DNA of 28,069 nucleotides from a virus (Duplodnaviria; Heunggongvirae; Uroviricota; Caudoviricetes): IMG/VR virus record IMGVR_UViG_2874920711_000005; one strand, 5' to 3'. Shown piece by piece: positions 18,860 to 28,069 of this stretch (position 1 is its first letter; each line of letters starts with the position of its first letter). The notes under the pieces were generated by a model. It saw only the letters and a program-made list of their open reading frames with translations, ran no database searches and was not told where the DNA came from. The position numbers and the translations under genes were made by a program.

Positions 18860-20012
18860 AATAGCTGCGCGGAATAGTAGATCACTTTGAGGGAACTTAG
18901 CCCGGATTGTGCGATCTGAACAATCGCCAAATCAAAACAAATCACCAACCGGACTGAGCAATGCCGATCATAGCACCAATTTCCCGTGACGAACGACGCC
19001 TGATGCAGAAAGCCATCCATAAAACACACGATAAAAATTATGCCCGCAGACTGACTGCCATGCTGATGCTGCACCGGGGCGACCGTGTCAGCGACGTTGC
19101 CAGAACGCTCTGCTGCGCCCGTTCCTCTGTTGGACGCTGGATTAACTGGTTCACGCAGTCGGGTGTTGAGGGACTGAAATCATTACCTGCCGGGCGTGCC
19201 CGTCGCTGGCCGTTTGAGCATATCTGCACACTGTTACGTGAGCTGGTAAAACATTCTCCCGGCGACTTTGGCTACCAGCGTTCACGCTGGAGTACAGAAC
19301 TGCTGGCAATAAAAATCAATGAGATAACCGGTTGCCAGTTAAATGCCGGAACCGTTCGCCGCTGGTTGCCGTCTGCGGGGATTGTGTGGCGAAGGGCTGC
19401 GCCAACTCTGCGTATCCGTGACCCGCATAAAGATGAAAAGATGGCAGCAATCCATAAAGCACTGGACGAATGCAGCGCAGAGCATCCGGTCTTTTATGAA
19501 GATGAAGTGGATATCCATCTTCATCCCAAAATCGGTGCGGACTGGCAACTGCGCGGACAGCAAAAACGGGTGGTCACGCCGGGACAGAATGAAAAATATT
19601 ATCTGGCCGGAGCGCTGCACAGCGGGACAGGTAAAGTCAGCTATGTGGGCGGCAACAGCAAAAGTTCGGCGCTGTTCATCAGCCTGCTGAAGCGGCTTAA
19701 AGCGACATACCGTCGGGCGAAAACCATCACGCTGATCGTGGACAACTACATTATCCACAAAAGCCGGGAAACACAGAGCTGGCTGAAGGAGAACCCGAAG
19801 TTCAGGGGCATTTATCAGCCGGTTTACTCGCCATGGGTGAATCATGTTGAACGGCTATGGCAGGCACTTCACGACACAATAACGCGTAATCATCAGTGCC
19901 GCTCAATGTGGCAACTGTTGAAAAAAGTTCGCCATTTTATGGAAACCGTCAGCCCATTCCCGGAGGCAAACATGGACTGGCAAAAGTGTAGCGGTATTAA
20001 GCGCAGCTATTT
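18860..20012 (+). mobile_element. IS630-family insertion sequence, copy B (1153 bp) flanked by TA in a CTAG-like target
   Basis: Terminal inverted repeats AATAGCTGCGCGG... / ...GCGCAGCTATT; flanks c-TA and TA-g. Confidence 0.9.
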
Positions 20013-20160
20013 AGTGAGAGCATATATTTATGAAGCCCTTCGTAATCCTCTGGCTCAGCATTATATAGTTCTACTCTGGCGAGATACGTTGGCATATTCA
20101 TTTCCTTACTGGTTGTGTGAGAACTTCAGTAAAGATACCACCAAAGCCCGGAGGTGGTGA
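18961..20160 (+). CDS. IS630 transposase with a 1-bp deletion in a C-run near the 3' end (about 19961) causing read-through out of the IS (399-aa ORF instead of 343)
   Basis: Identical to copy A for 329 residues apart from V283G; cccggagg versus ccccggagg. Confidence 0.85.
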   Translation: MPIIAPISRDERRLMQKAIHKTHDKNYARRLTAMLMLHRGDRVSDVARTLCCARSSVGRWINWFTQSGVEGLKSLPAGRARRWPFEHICTLLRELVKHSPGDFGYQRSRWSTELLAIKINEITGCQLNAGTVRRWLPSAGIVWRRAAPTLRIRDPHKDEKMAAIHKALDECSAEHPVFYEDEVDIHLHPKIGADWQLRGQQKRVVTPGQNEKYYLAGALHSGTGKVSYVGGNSKSSALFISLLKRLKATYRRAKTITLIVDNYIIHKSRETQSWLKENPKFRGIYQPVYSPWVNHVERLWQALHDTITRNHQCRSMWQLLKKVRHFMETVSPFPEANMDWQKCSGIKRSYLVRAYIYEALRNPLAQHYIVLLWRDTLAYSFPYWLCENFSKDTTKARRW

Positions 20161-20331
20161 AATAAAACCGGGCACAACACGAAGGCGCATTTCCGGTATC
20201 CATAAAGAGTCGGTCTTGTCTGTGAAATTTAAATGGTGGGAGTGCGCTTCCGGTTGTAAATAACGACATTGCTGTGTGAAGTACCAGTTGGCGGCATCGG
20301 TTTAATTGCTGGCTGATGTCCGCCCTTTTTA

Positions 20332-20486
20332 AAGTGAATTTTGTGATGCGGTGAATGCGGCTAAGCGCACGCGGCACAGTTAAAAGTCATGTTAGTCCTT
20401 ATTGGTTTGGGTGGGAAAGCCGACTGTAATTGTTAACTGGTTAACGTCACCTGGAGGCACCAGGCACCGCATCACAAAATTCACTT
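20332..20486. repeat. 22-bp perfect inverted repeat pair (AAGTGAATTTTGTGATGCGGTG at 20332..20353 and its reverse complement at 20465..20486) enclosing 111 bp
   Basis: Read directly from sequence; enclosed segment contains GTTAACTGGTTAAC and CCTGGAGGCACCAGG sub-palindromes. Confidence 0.6.
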
Positions 20487-20508
20487 CGGTGATGAAAGGT
20501 GAGAGAAA

Positions 20509-20601
20509 ATGTTGAATGTAGCTATTGAAAACCAGAACGGGTGGAATTATAGTGCACCTGCACCTCATAAAACGGGTGCCGGGATTGCTACCCGACGATG
20601 A
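20509..20601 (+). CDS. Possible 30-codon small ORF/leader peptide (MLNVAIENQNGWNYSAPAPHKTGAGIATRR)
   Basis: AAGGTGAGAG SD 4-5 nt upstream of ATG, placed right after the inverted repeat and right before a terminator; not hydrophobic. Confidence 0.25.
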   Translation: MLNVAIENQNGWNYSAPAPHKTGAGIATRR

Positions 20602-20612
20602 CTACTGCGCAT

Positions 20613-20636
20613 AACCGCGCTCAGGCGGTTTTTTTA
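20613..20636 (+). terminator. Rho-independent terminator-like hairpin (AACCGC-gctcag-GCGGTT followed by T-run)
   Basis: 6-bp stem, 6-nt loop, then TTTTTTT. Confidence 0.5.
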
Positions 20637-20801
20637 TGCGTCAAGCACAGCCACATTCAGATTATGGTGGGGCGTGCAGGGCAGCCGCAAGGCTGGCCGG
20701 TTTCGGTAGTCACCGGTTGTAGCAACCCTGTGCGTCTCACCACCCATGAGATTGCTACCTCTGGTGGTGAGTTATTTAAACTGACTATCGAGGCTGCCAT
20801 C

Positions 20802-21356
20802 ATGGCTACTATCCTTACCCTTTCTCACCCTGACGTAACCATCGAAAATGGTCGCGCTGTCACTACGTCTGTTGCGGTTGCGGAGTTCTTCCGGAAAATG
20901 CACAAAAACGTTATTCAGAAGATCGAAACTCTCGAATGCTCGCCGGAGTTTAACCGGCTTAATTTTAAGCCCGTCACCTATACCGACGCCAAAGGCGAAA
21001 AACGCCCAATGTACCAAATCACCAAAAACGGCTTCGTTTTCCTGGTGATGGGCTTCACTGGCAAAAAAGCCGCCGCATTCAAGGAAGCCTACATTGCTGA
21101 GTTCGACCGCATGGAGGCCGAACTGCGCCAGAATAACACCCCACCTGCTGACAAGATGATTCCGGGTGATGGTCGCACTCTGGTTGTTCACTTCGACAAA
21201 TTCGGCAATGTCGAATTCACCGAAACCGTTCCTGATGGCGCACTGGTCTGTACCCTGGAGACTTTCCGGTTTTATCTGGAAAAACAGGGATGGACTCTTG
21301 TTAACCGGGGCGCAATTAAAAATATGACTGTGGAACAATTACTTTCTTTAAAATAA
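20802..21356 (+). CDS. Rha-family phage regulatory protein (Phage_pRha N-terminal domain); the track ORF from 20598 is a spurious 5' extension
   Basis: TSVAVAEFFRKMHKNVIQKIETLE and GEKRPMYQITKNGFVFLVMGFTGKKAAAFKEAYIAEFDRME motifs; SD before ATG 20802. Confidence 0.65.
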   Translation: MATILTLSHPDVTIENGRAVTTSVAVAEFFRKMHKNVIQKIETLECSPEFNRLNFKPVTYTDAKGEKRPMYQITKNGFVFLVMGFTGKKAAAFKEAYIAEFDRMEAELRQNNTPPADKMIPGDGRTLVVHFDKFGNVEFTETVPDGALVCTLETFRFYLEKQGWTLVNRGAIKNMTVEQLLSLK

Positions 21357-21372
21357 AAATGGAGCTACGGAT

Positions 21373-21654
21373 ATGAACCCTATGCTTGATTATTGTTTTA
21401 CCTCTGCACCTCAGCAGACCATAACACACACCGGAATCAAAAAATTGTTATGGATAATCAAAAAAAACCTCCAGCAGAAAGGTGATCCCGATTTAATTCC
21501 CTGTGCTTATGGCCTGTGTGACAGACAAGTAAGCCCTGATAAGGCTTACACTGCTGAACTTATTTACATGCACGGAACCATGATGAGGAAAAAGAAACGC
21601 AAATATTGTAGTGAAATCTGCGCCGAAAAAGACCAGATGGCACACGAACTTTAA
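21373..21654 (+). CDS. Small Cys-rich (zinc-ribbon-like) hypothetical protein, 93 aa
   Basis: PCAYGLC and YCSEIC motifs; GGAG SD. Confidence 0.4.
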   Translation: MNPMLDYCFTSAPQQTITHTGIKKLLWIIKKNLQQKGDPDLIPCAYGLCDRQVSPDKAYTAELIYMHGTMMRKKKRKYCSEICAEKDQMAHEL

Positions 21655-21728
21655 TTAACTGACTATTCGAAACTGAATTTATGCCAGCAATGGCAGGGAT
21701 TCGCTCAACCTTAATTAAGGAGAAAAAC

Positions 21729-21974
21729 ATGAACACCAATTATGAAGCCACTGTTGCAACTACTGATAACATTGTTCACGAGGTTTACCTGGAAGGAAAG
21801 CATATTGGCTACGTAATTAAAACAGAAAATAAAGAAACCCCATTCACTGTGGTTGATATCGACGGTCTATCAGGAAACTTTAAAACTCTTGTTGAAGGTG
21901 CCACAAAAATGTGCCTGGTTTACATCGGAAATAATCTGCCCGCAGAAAAAAAGCCGAATTTCTGGCAACTCTGA
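21729..21974 (+). CDS. Hypothetical small protein, 81 aa
   Basis: Strong SD TAAGGAG 6 nt before ATG 21729. Confidence 0.45.
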   Translation: MNTNYEATVATTDNIVHEVYLEGKHIGYVIKTENKETPFTVVDIDGLSGNFKTLVEGATKMCLVYIGNNLPAEKKPNFWQL

Positions 21975-22002
21975 TTGCAATGAAATTAAAAGGTGAAATC
22001 TG

Positions 22003-22032
22003 AAAAAAAGAAAGCCTGCACAGTGTGCAGGC
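22003..22032 (-). terminator. Minus-strand rho-independent terminator-like element (perfect 9-bp stem GCCTGCACA/TGTGCAGGC followed on the minus strand by a U-rich run)
   Basis: Palindrome at 22014..22032 preceded on plus strand by AAAAAAAGAAA. Confidence 0.4.
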
Positions 22033-22102
22033 CTGAGTGAAGAACCTGGGACATTTATTCATCACTCGCAGTAATTTTAATCTGAGTTGAGGTTAAAAAA
22101 CA

Positions 22103-24060
22103 ATGAGCACAAAACCACTCTTCCTGTTACGGAAAGCGAAAAAATCATCCGGTGAACCTGACGTCGTCCTGTGGGCAAGCGACGATTTTGAATCGACCAG
22201 CACCACTCTGGACTATCTGCTCGTTAAGTCAGGTAAAAAACTGAGCAACTATTTTAAAGCTGTTGCCACAAATTTTCCTGTCGTTAATGACCTTCCCCTG
22301 AAGGTGAGATCGATTTTACCTGGAGTGAACGCTATCAACTCAGCAAAGACTCCATGACATGGGAACTAAAACCGGGAGCAGCGCCAGACGACGTTCACCA
22401 CCAGGATAATGCTCAAGAAACCAAAGAACTGGCGGGAGGCCAGGAAGAAAACGCGCAGGCAGACGCCCACGAGGATTGCCAGGATTGCGAAGTCTCTGTA
22501 GCCACTTTGCGGTTCACACAGCGTCTTCTGCACATTTTTACGTATGCTGCCGGGGATCGGAAATACCTGCATCATGCCACCCGTGAACAACGCAAACACA
22601 TTACTGCTCTTGAGATGGATCAGGAAAACAGCTATGTCCAGAATCTGCTGTTGGCCATACGCGGCATGGCAGAACCGACAACTCTGGATAATGCCGCCCT
22701 GCTCCGCCTGACTGATGCAATTAAGGCAGTTTTCTCTATCACGAAAAAACATCAGCCCTATGAATTTAAGAATTTCATTTCAGCCTGGCTGGATACCGAA
22801 CACATTGATCGCGGTCTTCTGACAAAAGAATGGCGAAAAGGGAATCGTGTTTCACGCATCACTCGCACGACTTCCGGTGCTAATGCTGGCGGCGGGAACC
22901 TCACCGATCGCGGCGAAGGTTTCGTCCACGATCTGACGTCACTGACGCGCGATGTAGCCACTGGCGTACTGGCCCGTTCAATGGACGTGGACATCTATAA
23001 CCTTCATCCGGCACACGCTAAACGCATTGAGGAAATTATCGCTGAAAATAAACCACCCTTTTCTGTTTTCCGCGACAAATTCATCACCATGCCTGGCGGG
23101 CTGGATTATTCCCGCGCCATCGTGGTTGCGTCCGTGAAAGAAGCACCAATTGGGATCGAGGTCATCCCCGCACACGTCACTGAATATCTGAACAAAGTAC
23201 TGACTGAAACCGATCATGCCAACCCTGATCCGGAAATCGTGGATATTGCCTGCGGTCGCTCCTCTGCCCCGATGCCGCAGCGAGTAACAGAAGAAGGAAA
23301 ACAGGACGATGAAGAAAAACCACAACCATCTGGCGCAATGACAGATGAACAGGCAACGGCTGAAACAGTGGAACCGAATGCAACTGAACATCATCAGAAC
23401 ACGCAGCCGCTGGATGCTCAGTCACAGGTAAATTCTGTTGATGCGAAATATCAGGAACTGCGGGCAGAACTCCATGAAGCCCGGAAAAACATTCCGCCCA
23501 AAAATCCTGTCGATGCAGACAAATTACTGGCTGCCTCTCGCGGAGAATTTGTTGAAGGGATTAGCGACCCGAATGATTCGAAATGGATTCCCGGTCATCA
23601 TATCTCCTCAAATGAAGTCAAAAAAACGGAAAATGAAGTGCGACAGACTGAAGATAAACAGCACCAGAACAGCGAACCGGAGGAGGGAACACCCTGCAAT
23701 CAGACTGGCGAGGATAACTGCCCTGACTGTGGCGCGGTGATGGGAGACGCAACTTATCAGGAAACTTTTGACGAAAAAAAACCAGATGAAGCACAGGAAG
23801 AAGAGCCGAAGAAAACGGAAAAAGCTGATGATTTGTTACCGGAGAACGCTGGCAGCGATCAGCATAATGATAGCAATAATGAAACTGGCGAAGATGAACT
23901 CAACTGGAAAAAACAGGTGTTGATTGCGGCGGTTTACGGTTTATGTGCGAATCCTGCGTGCATAGCCTATGCGCCTGCAATCCCTGACATCGCAATGATG
24001 ATTGCCAACAAGCTTGAAAATTTTGGAGTGACCAGTGATGAGCGCTTACCCGATTTTTGA
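22103..24060 (+). pseudogene. RecE-like gene (homolog of the RecE N-terminal region only), split by a 1-bp frameshift in a C-run near 22294..22297 into 22103..22357 and 22354..24060; no exonuclease domain
   Basis: N-terminal [26 protein letters not shown]... and central [11 protein letters not shown]...[20 protein letters not shown]...[36 protein letters not shown]... match remembered E. coli RecE N-terminal region; reading frame restored by a +1 shift. Confidence 0.5.
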
Positions 24061-24334
24061 TCGTATTGAAGAAATGGCATGGGCTCGCCACTACCAGCAG
24101 ATCGTTCGTGAAGAAAAAGAAACGGAACTGGCGGACGACCTGGAAAAAGGTCTGCCTCAGCACCTGTTTGAATCGCTCTGCATCGACCATTTGCAACGCC
24201 ACGGTGCCAATAAACAGGCAATCAGCCACGCATTTGATGATGATGTTGAGTTTCAGGAGCGCATGGCAGAACACATCCGGTACATGGCTGAAACCATTGC
24301 CCACCACCAGGTTGATATTGATTTGGAGGACTAA
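24038..24334 (+). CDS. Hypothetical acidic protein, 98 aa, overlapping the 3' end of the RecE-like ORF
   Basis: ORF with ATG at 24038; no recognisable family. Confidence 0.35.
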   Translation: MSAYPIFDRIEEMAWARHYQQIVREEKETELADDLEKGLPQHLFESLCIDHLQRHGANKQAISHAFDDDVEFQERMAEHIRYMAETIAHHQVDIDLED

Positions 24335-24339
24335 AATCT

Positions 24340-25436
24340 ATGGCGCTTTTTCAACGAGCAATAAACACACAGGCCTATCTAAAAGCAGGAATTATGGGGT
24401 TTGCTGGCGACGGCAAAACCTACACAGCAAGCGAACTGGCTATTGGTCTGGTAATGCTTATGCGGCAACGGGGAATTGAAGCTGGTAACCGCCCGGTAAT
24501 GTTTCTGGACACAGAAACAGGCTCTGACTGGGTTAAACCCCGCTTTGATGCGGAAAATATCGAATTATTTACGGCAAAAACCCGCTCGTTTGTTGATCTG
24601 CTTGAAGCCATTAATGAAGCGGAAAGCAGCGGTTCCGTAATGATCATCGACTCCATCAGTCACTTCTGGACCGGATTATGCGACGAGTATGCCAGACGCC
24701 GAAACCGTAAACGAGGACTGGAATTTTCAGACTGGGCGTGGCTCAAACAGGAGTGGCGACGCTTTACCGATCGATTTGTTAACAGTCAGGCGCACATTAT
24801 TATGTGCGGGCGTGCAGGATATGAGTATGACTTTTTCGAAGGTGATGATGGCAAACGCCAGTTGGCAAAAACCGGTATAAAAATGAAAGCAGAAACAGAA
24901 ACCGGTTATGAACCCTCCATCCTGATCCAGATGGAGAAGCAAATGAACATAGAAACCGGTCAGGTGTGGCGCACCGCCAGAATACTAAAAGATCGCTCCA
25001 CCCGTATTGATGGACAGGTATTTTCAAACCCAACATTTAAAAACTTTCTTCCTCATATCGAGTTTCTTAACCTGGGAGGTGAACACCTCGGCATCGATAC
25101 CTCACGGGATAACAGTGAATTATTTGCCAACGACGGTACACCGACATGGCTAAAAGAAAAGCGTGCAAAAGAAATCGCACTTGATGAAATTATCGAGTTG
25201 CTCAACAAGCACCATGGGGCACCAGTAACGACGCCAAACGCGCAAAAGCTGATTTGCTGGAAAAAACATTCACCTCCCGCTCATGGGAAAGAATCAAAGG
25301 TATGGACTGGCCGACAATCAAAGCTGGTCGTAATGCACTATGGATTGAACTGGAAGGCGTTGAATATGCATTCCCGGATCCACAAACACAAAACGAAACG
25401 CAACAAGCAGGATACGATGAGAATATTCCGGTGTAA
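24340..25436 (+). pseudogene. P-loop NTPase, RecA-like/AAA_24 (Sak4-like) candidate recombination ATPase, apparently frameshifted near the G-run at 25216..25219 (body 24340 to about 25220, C-terminus continues in another frame to 25436)
   Basis: Walker A GFAGDGKT, FLDTETG motif, Walker B VMIIDSISH; the in-frame tail in the track ORF is junk-like while the alternative frame is protein-like. Confidence 0.5.
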
Positions 25437-25486
25437 AACCAAGTGCATTTTGAACACGGTTTTTAAAAATATTAATGTAGGTGTTC

Positions 25487-25675
25487 ATGTATAAAATTAC
25501 AGCCACTATTGAAAAGGAAGGTGGTTCTCCTACCAGCTGGACAAGATATTCAAAATCTAAACTAACGAAATCAGAATGCGAAAAAATGCTCTCAGGGAAA
25601 AAAGAAGCAGGCGTTTCCAGAGAGCAGAAAGTAAAACTGATAAATTTTAATTGCGAGAAACTTCTGTCCTCGTGA
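25487..25675 (+). CDS. Hypothetical small Lys-rich protein (62 aa), AT-rich
   Basis: ORF only; weak SD. Confidence 0.2.
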   Translation: MYKITATIEKEGGSPTSWTRYSKSKLTKSECEKMLSGKKEAGVSREQKVKLINFNCEKLLSS

Positions 25676-25779
25676 GTTGCATTATATCAAAATTAGAACT
25701 TCATAGCTGATTATTAAAAATCAACCACGCCCGCCAGTATTCTGTATATTTACTGGCGGTCATATTACAGGAATATGAC

Positions 25780-27015
25780 ATGTATTTGACACTCAAAGAA
25801 TGGAACGCCCGTCAGTTACGTCCACGAAGCCCAGAAACGGTTCGCCGCTGGGTGCGAGAATGTAAGATTTTTCCACCACCGATAAAGGATGGGCGTGAAT
25901 ATTTATTTCATGAGTCAGCAAAAAAATTACACCTCAAACGACTGGCGGGCTTTTGCAGAGAATCAGAAATGACCGGACGAAGAAGAAACTCAAACACACG
26001 TGATCTACCACCCAATCTTTACAATCGAGGTGGATATTATAGTTATCGTGACCCACGTTCAGGAAGGGAGTTTGGAATCGGAAGAGACAAAAGAATTGCA
26101 GTTAATGAGGCTATTGCGGCAAATATGGAATTATTATCCACGCAACATATAAGCTTACTGGATAGAATAAAAGGTAATAGCGTAACATTATTCTACGAGC
26201 TGATATTAAATTTCAGAAATGAAATAGAGCGTAGACAATTAAGCACAAACACCATGAAAAGACACAACCAGAGGTTGAAAATCATAAGTGAATACTTTGG
26301 TGGTGTTCCGGTTAAAAATATAGGCATAAGGGAGGTGTACAGCTTTCTTGAAATCAGAGCAGTTGGGAGTAAATTTGCTATTGCTAACCAGTACAGGGCG
26401 CTTTTATCAGACATTTTTAAAACAGCTATAGCTTCTGGTCTTGCCGAAGAAGATCCAGCTTCTGCAACCAGGCCATTCAGAACTGAAGTGAAGCGCAGTC
26501 GACTGTTAATTGACGAGTATCTGTTAATCAGGAAAATAGCAGACGTCCAGAACGAATGGTTCGGCCTTTGCATGGATCTTGCACTGGTAACAGGACAGCG
26601 CGAAGGAGATCTGGCGGCTATGAGATGGGAGGATATAAGAGATGGCAGGCTATACGTGGAACAACAAAAAACAGGGGCAAAAATTCGCATTTCTCTCCCC
26701 ACCACGATTTCCAGATTGAATTTAACACTTGCCGATGTACTGGATAACTTGAAAAAAATAAACGGTAAAAACGAAAAGTTACTCGGAGGGAAGACAGCCA
26801 GGACAATCGCAGCACAGTTCAGGATTGCCCGAGACACATCCGGATTGAAATGGGAAGGTGACCCACCGCCATTTCATGAAATCCGAAGTTTATCCGGTCG
26901 CCTGCACTCAGCAGAAAAAGGCAGTGATTTCACTCAGGCGCTCCTTGGACATCGTTCATCCAGCATGACGGATAAATACCGTGACGGACGAGGGAGGGAA
27001 TGGAAAGACATTTAG
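25780..27015 (+). CDS. int: Lambda-family tyrosine integrase with an in-frame Xis-like N-terminal segment (Xis-like 25780 to about 25968; Int from internal Met 25969)
   Basis: From MTGRRRNSNTRDLPPNLYNRGGYYSYRDPRSGREFGIGRDKRIAVNEAI... closely resembles lambda Int incl. C-terminal HxxR...Y region; N-terminal MYLTLKEWNARQLRPRSPETVRRWVRECKIFPPPIKDGREYLFHESA resembles lambda Xis. Confidence 0.9.
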   Translation: MYLTLKEWNARQLRPRSPETVRRWVRECKIFPPPIKDGREYLFHESAKKLHLKRLAGFCRESEMTGRRRNSNTRDLPPNLYNRGGYYSYRDPRSGREFGIGRDKRIAVNEAIAANMELLSTQHISLLDRIKGNSVTLFYELILNFRNEIERRQLSTNTMKRHNQRLKIISEYFGGVPVKNIGIREVYSFLEIRAVGSKFAIANQYRALLSDIFKTAIASGLAEEDPASATRPFRTEVKRSRLLIDEYLLIRKIADVQNEWFGLCMDLALVTGQREGDLAAMRWEDIRDGRLYVEQQKTGAKIRISLPTTISRLNLTLADVLDNLKKINGKNEKLLGGKTARTIAAQFRIARDTSGLKWEGDPPPFHEIRSLSGRLHSAEKGSDFTQALLGHRSSSMTDKYRDGRGREWKDI

Positions 27016-27250
27016 AATTAATTTCGAATGATTTCGAAACGCCACTTGTAATTAATTGATTATAAAGGATTAATTCCTAAGAGGCATTTACTTCATGAAT
27101 GCTCCTTTGCATTTAGCAACTGACTGTAACAGCTAAAATTAGTCGCTTTTGGCGGTGAATGCTGAATTAAAACGCAGAATTTTGTCCGATAGTGGTATCG
27201 GTGTACCATTCGCGCAGACGAAAATTCTTAACCTTAATCTGGAATACGCC
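27016..27250. other. AT-rich prophage/host junction, probable attachment-site region (core not identifiable without the other junction)
   Basis: Intergenic AT-rich segment between int and the host gene. Confidence 0.3.
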
Positions 27251-28069
27251 ATGACCACACGCGTGATTGCTCTCGACTTAGACGGCACCTTATTGACCCC
27301 GAAAAAGACCCTGCTTCCTTCATCGATAGAAGCCCTGGCCCGCGCTCGCGAAGCAGGCTATCAATTAATCATCGTCACAGGTCGCCATCACGTCGCTATT
27401 CATCCTTTTTATCAGGCGCTGGCGCTGGATACACCTGCTATTTGCTGTAATGGCACCTATTTGTATGATTATCATGCAAAAACCGTGCTGGAAGCGGACC
27501 CAATGCCCGTTAATAAAGCCCTGCAACTCATTGAGATGCTGAATGAACACCACATTCACGGTCTGATGTATGTCGATGATGCAATGGTCTATGAGCACCC
27601 GACCGGGCATGTCATTCGCACGTCTAACTGGGCGCAAACCCTGCCGCCGGAACAGCGTCCGACTTTCACACAAGTCGCTTCTCTGGCTGAAACGGCGCAA
27701 CAAGTTAACGCCGTATGGAAGTTCGCCCTGACGCACGATGACCTGCCGCAATTGCAGCATTTTGGTAAGCATGTCGAACATGAACTGGGACTGGAGTGTG
27801 AATGGTCCTGGCACGATCAGGTTGATATTGCACGCGGCGGCAACAGCAAAGGTAAACGTTTGACGAAATGGGTTGAGGCGCAAGGCTGGTCGATGGAAAA
27901 CGTCGTAGCGTTCGGCGATAACTTTAATGATATCAGTATGCTGGAGGCCGCTGGTACAGGCGTGGCGATGGGCAACGCCGATGACGCGGTAAAAGCGCGC
28001 GCCAACATTGTGATTGGTGATAACACCACCGACAGCATTGCCCAGTTCATTTATAGTCACCTGATTTAA
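27251..28069 (+). CDS. Cof-type HAD-IIB family phosphatase (host gene, YbhA-like)
   Basis: MTTRVIALDLDGTLL... (HAD motif I DxDGT), ...FGDNFNDISMLEAAGTGVAMGNA (motif IV); track ORF from 27149 is a spurious extension. Confidence 0.85.
   Translation: MTTRVIALDLDGTLLTPKKTLLPSSIEALARAREAGYQLIIVTGRHHVAIHPFYQALALDTPAICCNGTYLYDYHAKTVLEADPMPVNKALQLIEMLNEHHIHGLMYVDDAMVYEHPTGHVIRTSNWAQTLPPEQRPTFTQVASLAETAQQVNAVWKFALTHDDLPQLQHFGKHVEHELGLECEWSWHDQVDIARGGNSKGKRLTKWVEAQGWSMENVVAFGDNFNDISMLEAAGTGVAMGNADDAVKARANIVIGDNTTDSIAQFIYSHLI

Noticed and set aside
19993-20160. C-terminal extension of the IS630 copy B transposase as a real fusion protein
   Set aside because: Arises from a 1-bp deletion in a C-run and reads across the IS terminus into flanking DNA; an artefact of the frameshift rather than a new domain
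20126-20377. 83-aa minus-strand ORF next to IS630 copy B
   Set aside because: No SD, composition not protein-like, overlaps the inverted-repeat region; probably non-coding
20598-20801. N-terminal 68 codons of the track ORF 20598..21356
   Set aside because: Runs through an intrinsic terminator and has no homology; the Rha-family gene starts at ATG 20802 with its own SD

Overview
This window reads as a decaying lambdoid prophage (mosaic of Rac-like immunity/replication genes, a phage-21/DLP12-like lysis cassette and a PBSX-type packaging/head module) lying in inverted orientation, with the integrase at the right end next to a host Cof-type HAD hydrolase gene. Right to left: int with an Xis-like N-terminus, a recombination region (RecE-N-terminal-like ORF plus a P-loop ATPase), a Rha-family regulator, an IS630 copy, a RacR-like repressor with divergent Cro-like/YdaT-like genes, replication genes (initiator plus DnaC-like loader) with palindromic iteron-like repeats, two small unknown genes, a QueH-like epoxyqueuosine reductase, a hok toxin, nin-region genes, a Q-like antiterminator, four tRNA genes, pinholin, a SAR endolysin split by IS2, Rz/Rz1, a DedA-like moron, terminase small and large subunits, portal, MuF-like head protein, a scaffold/protease-like gene and a structural gene truncated by a second IS630 copy at the window start. 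Several genes show apparent frameshifts at homopolymer runs, so they are either pseudogenes or assembly errors. All identifications come from reading the translations and the DNA by eye against remembered protein families; no database search was run. The most unusual items are the phage-borne QueH/hok pair, the 22-bp inverted repeat pair upstream of the Rha gene, the nuclease-less RecE-like/ATPase module and the palindromic repeats in the replication initiator gene.
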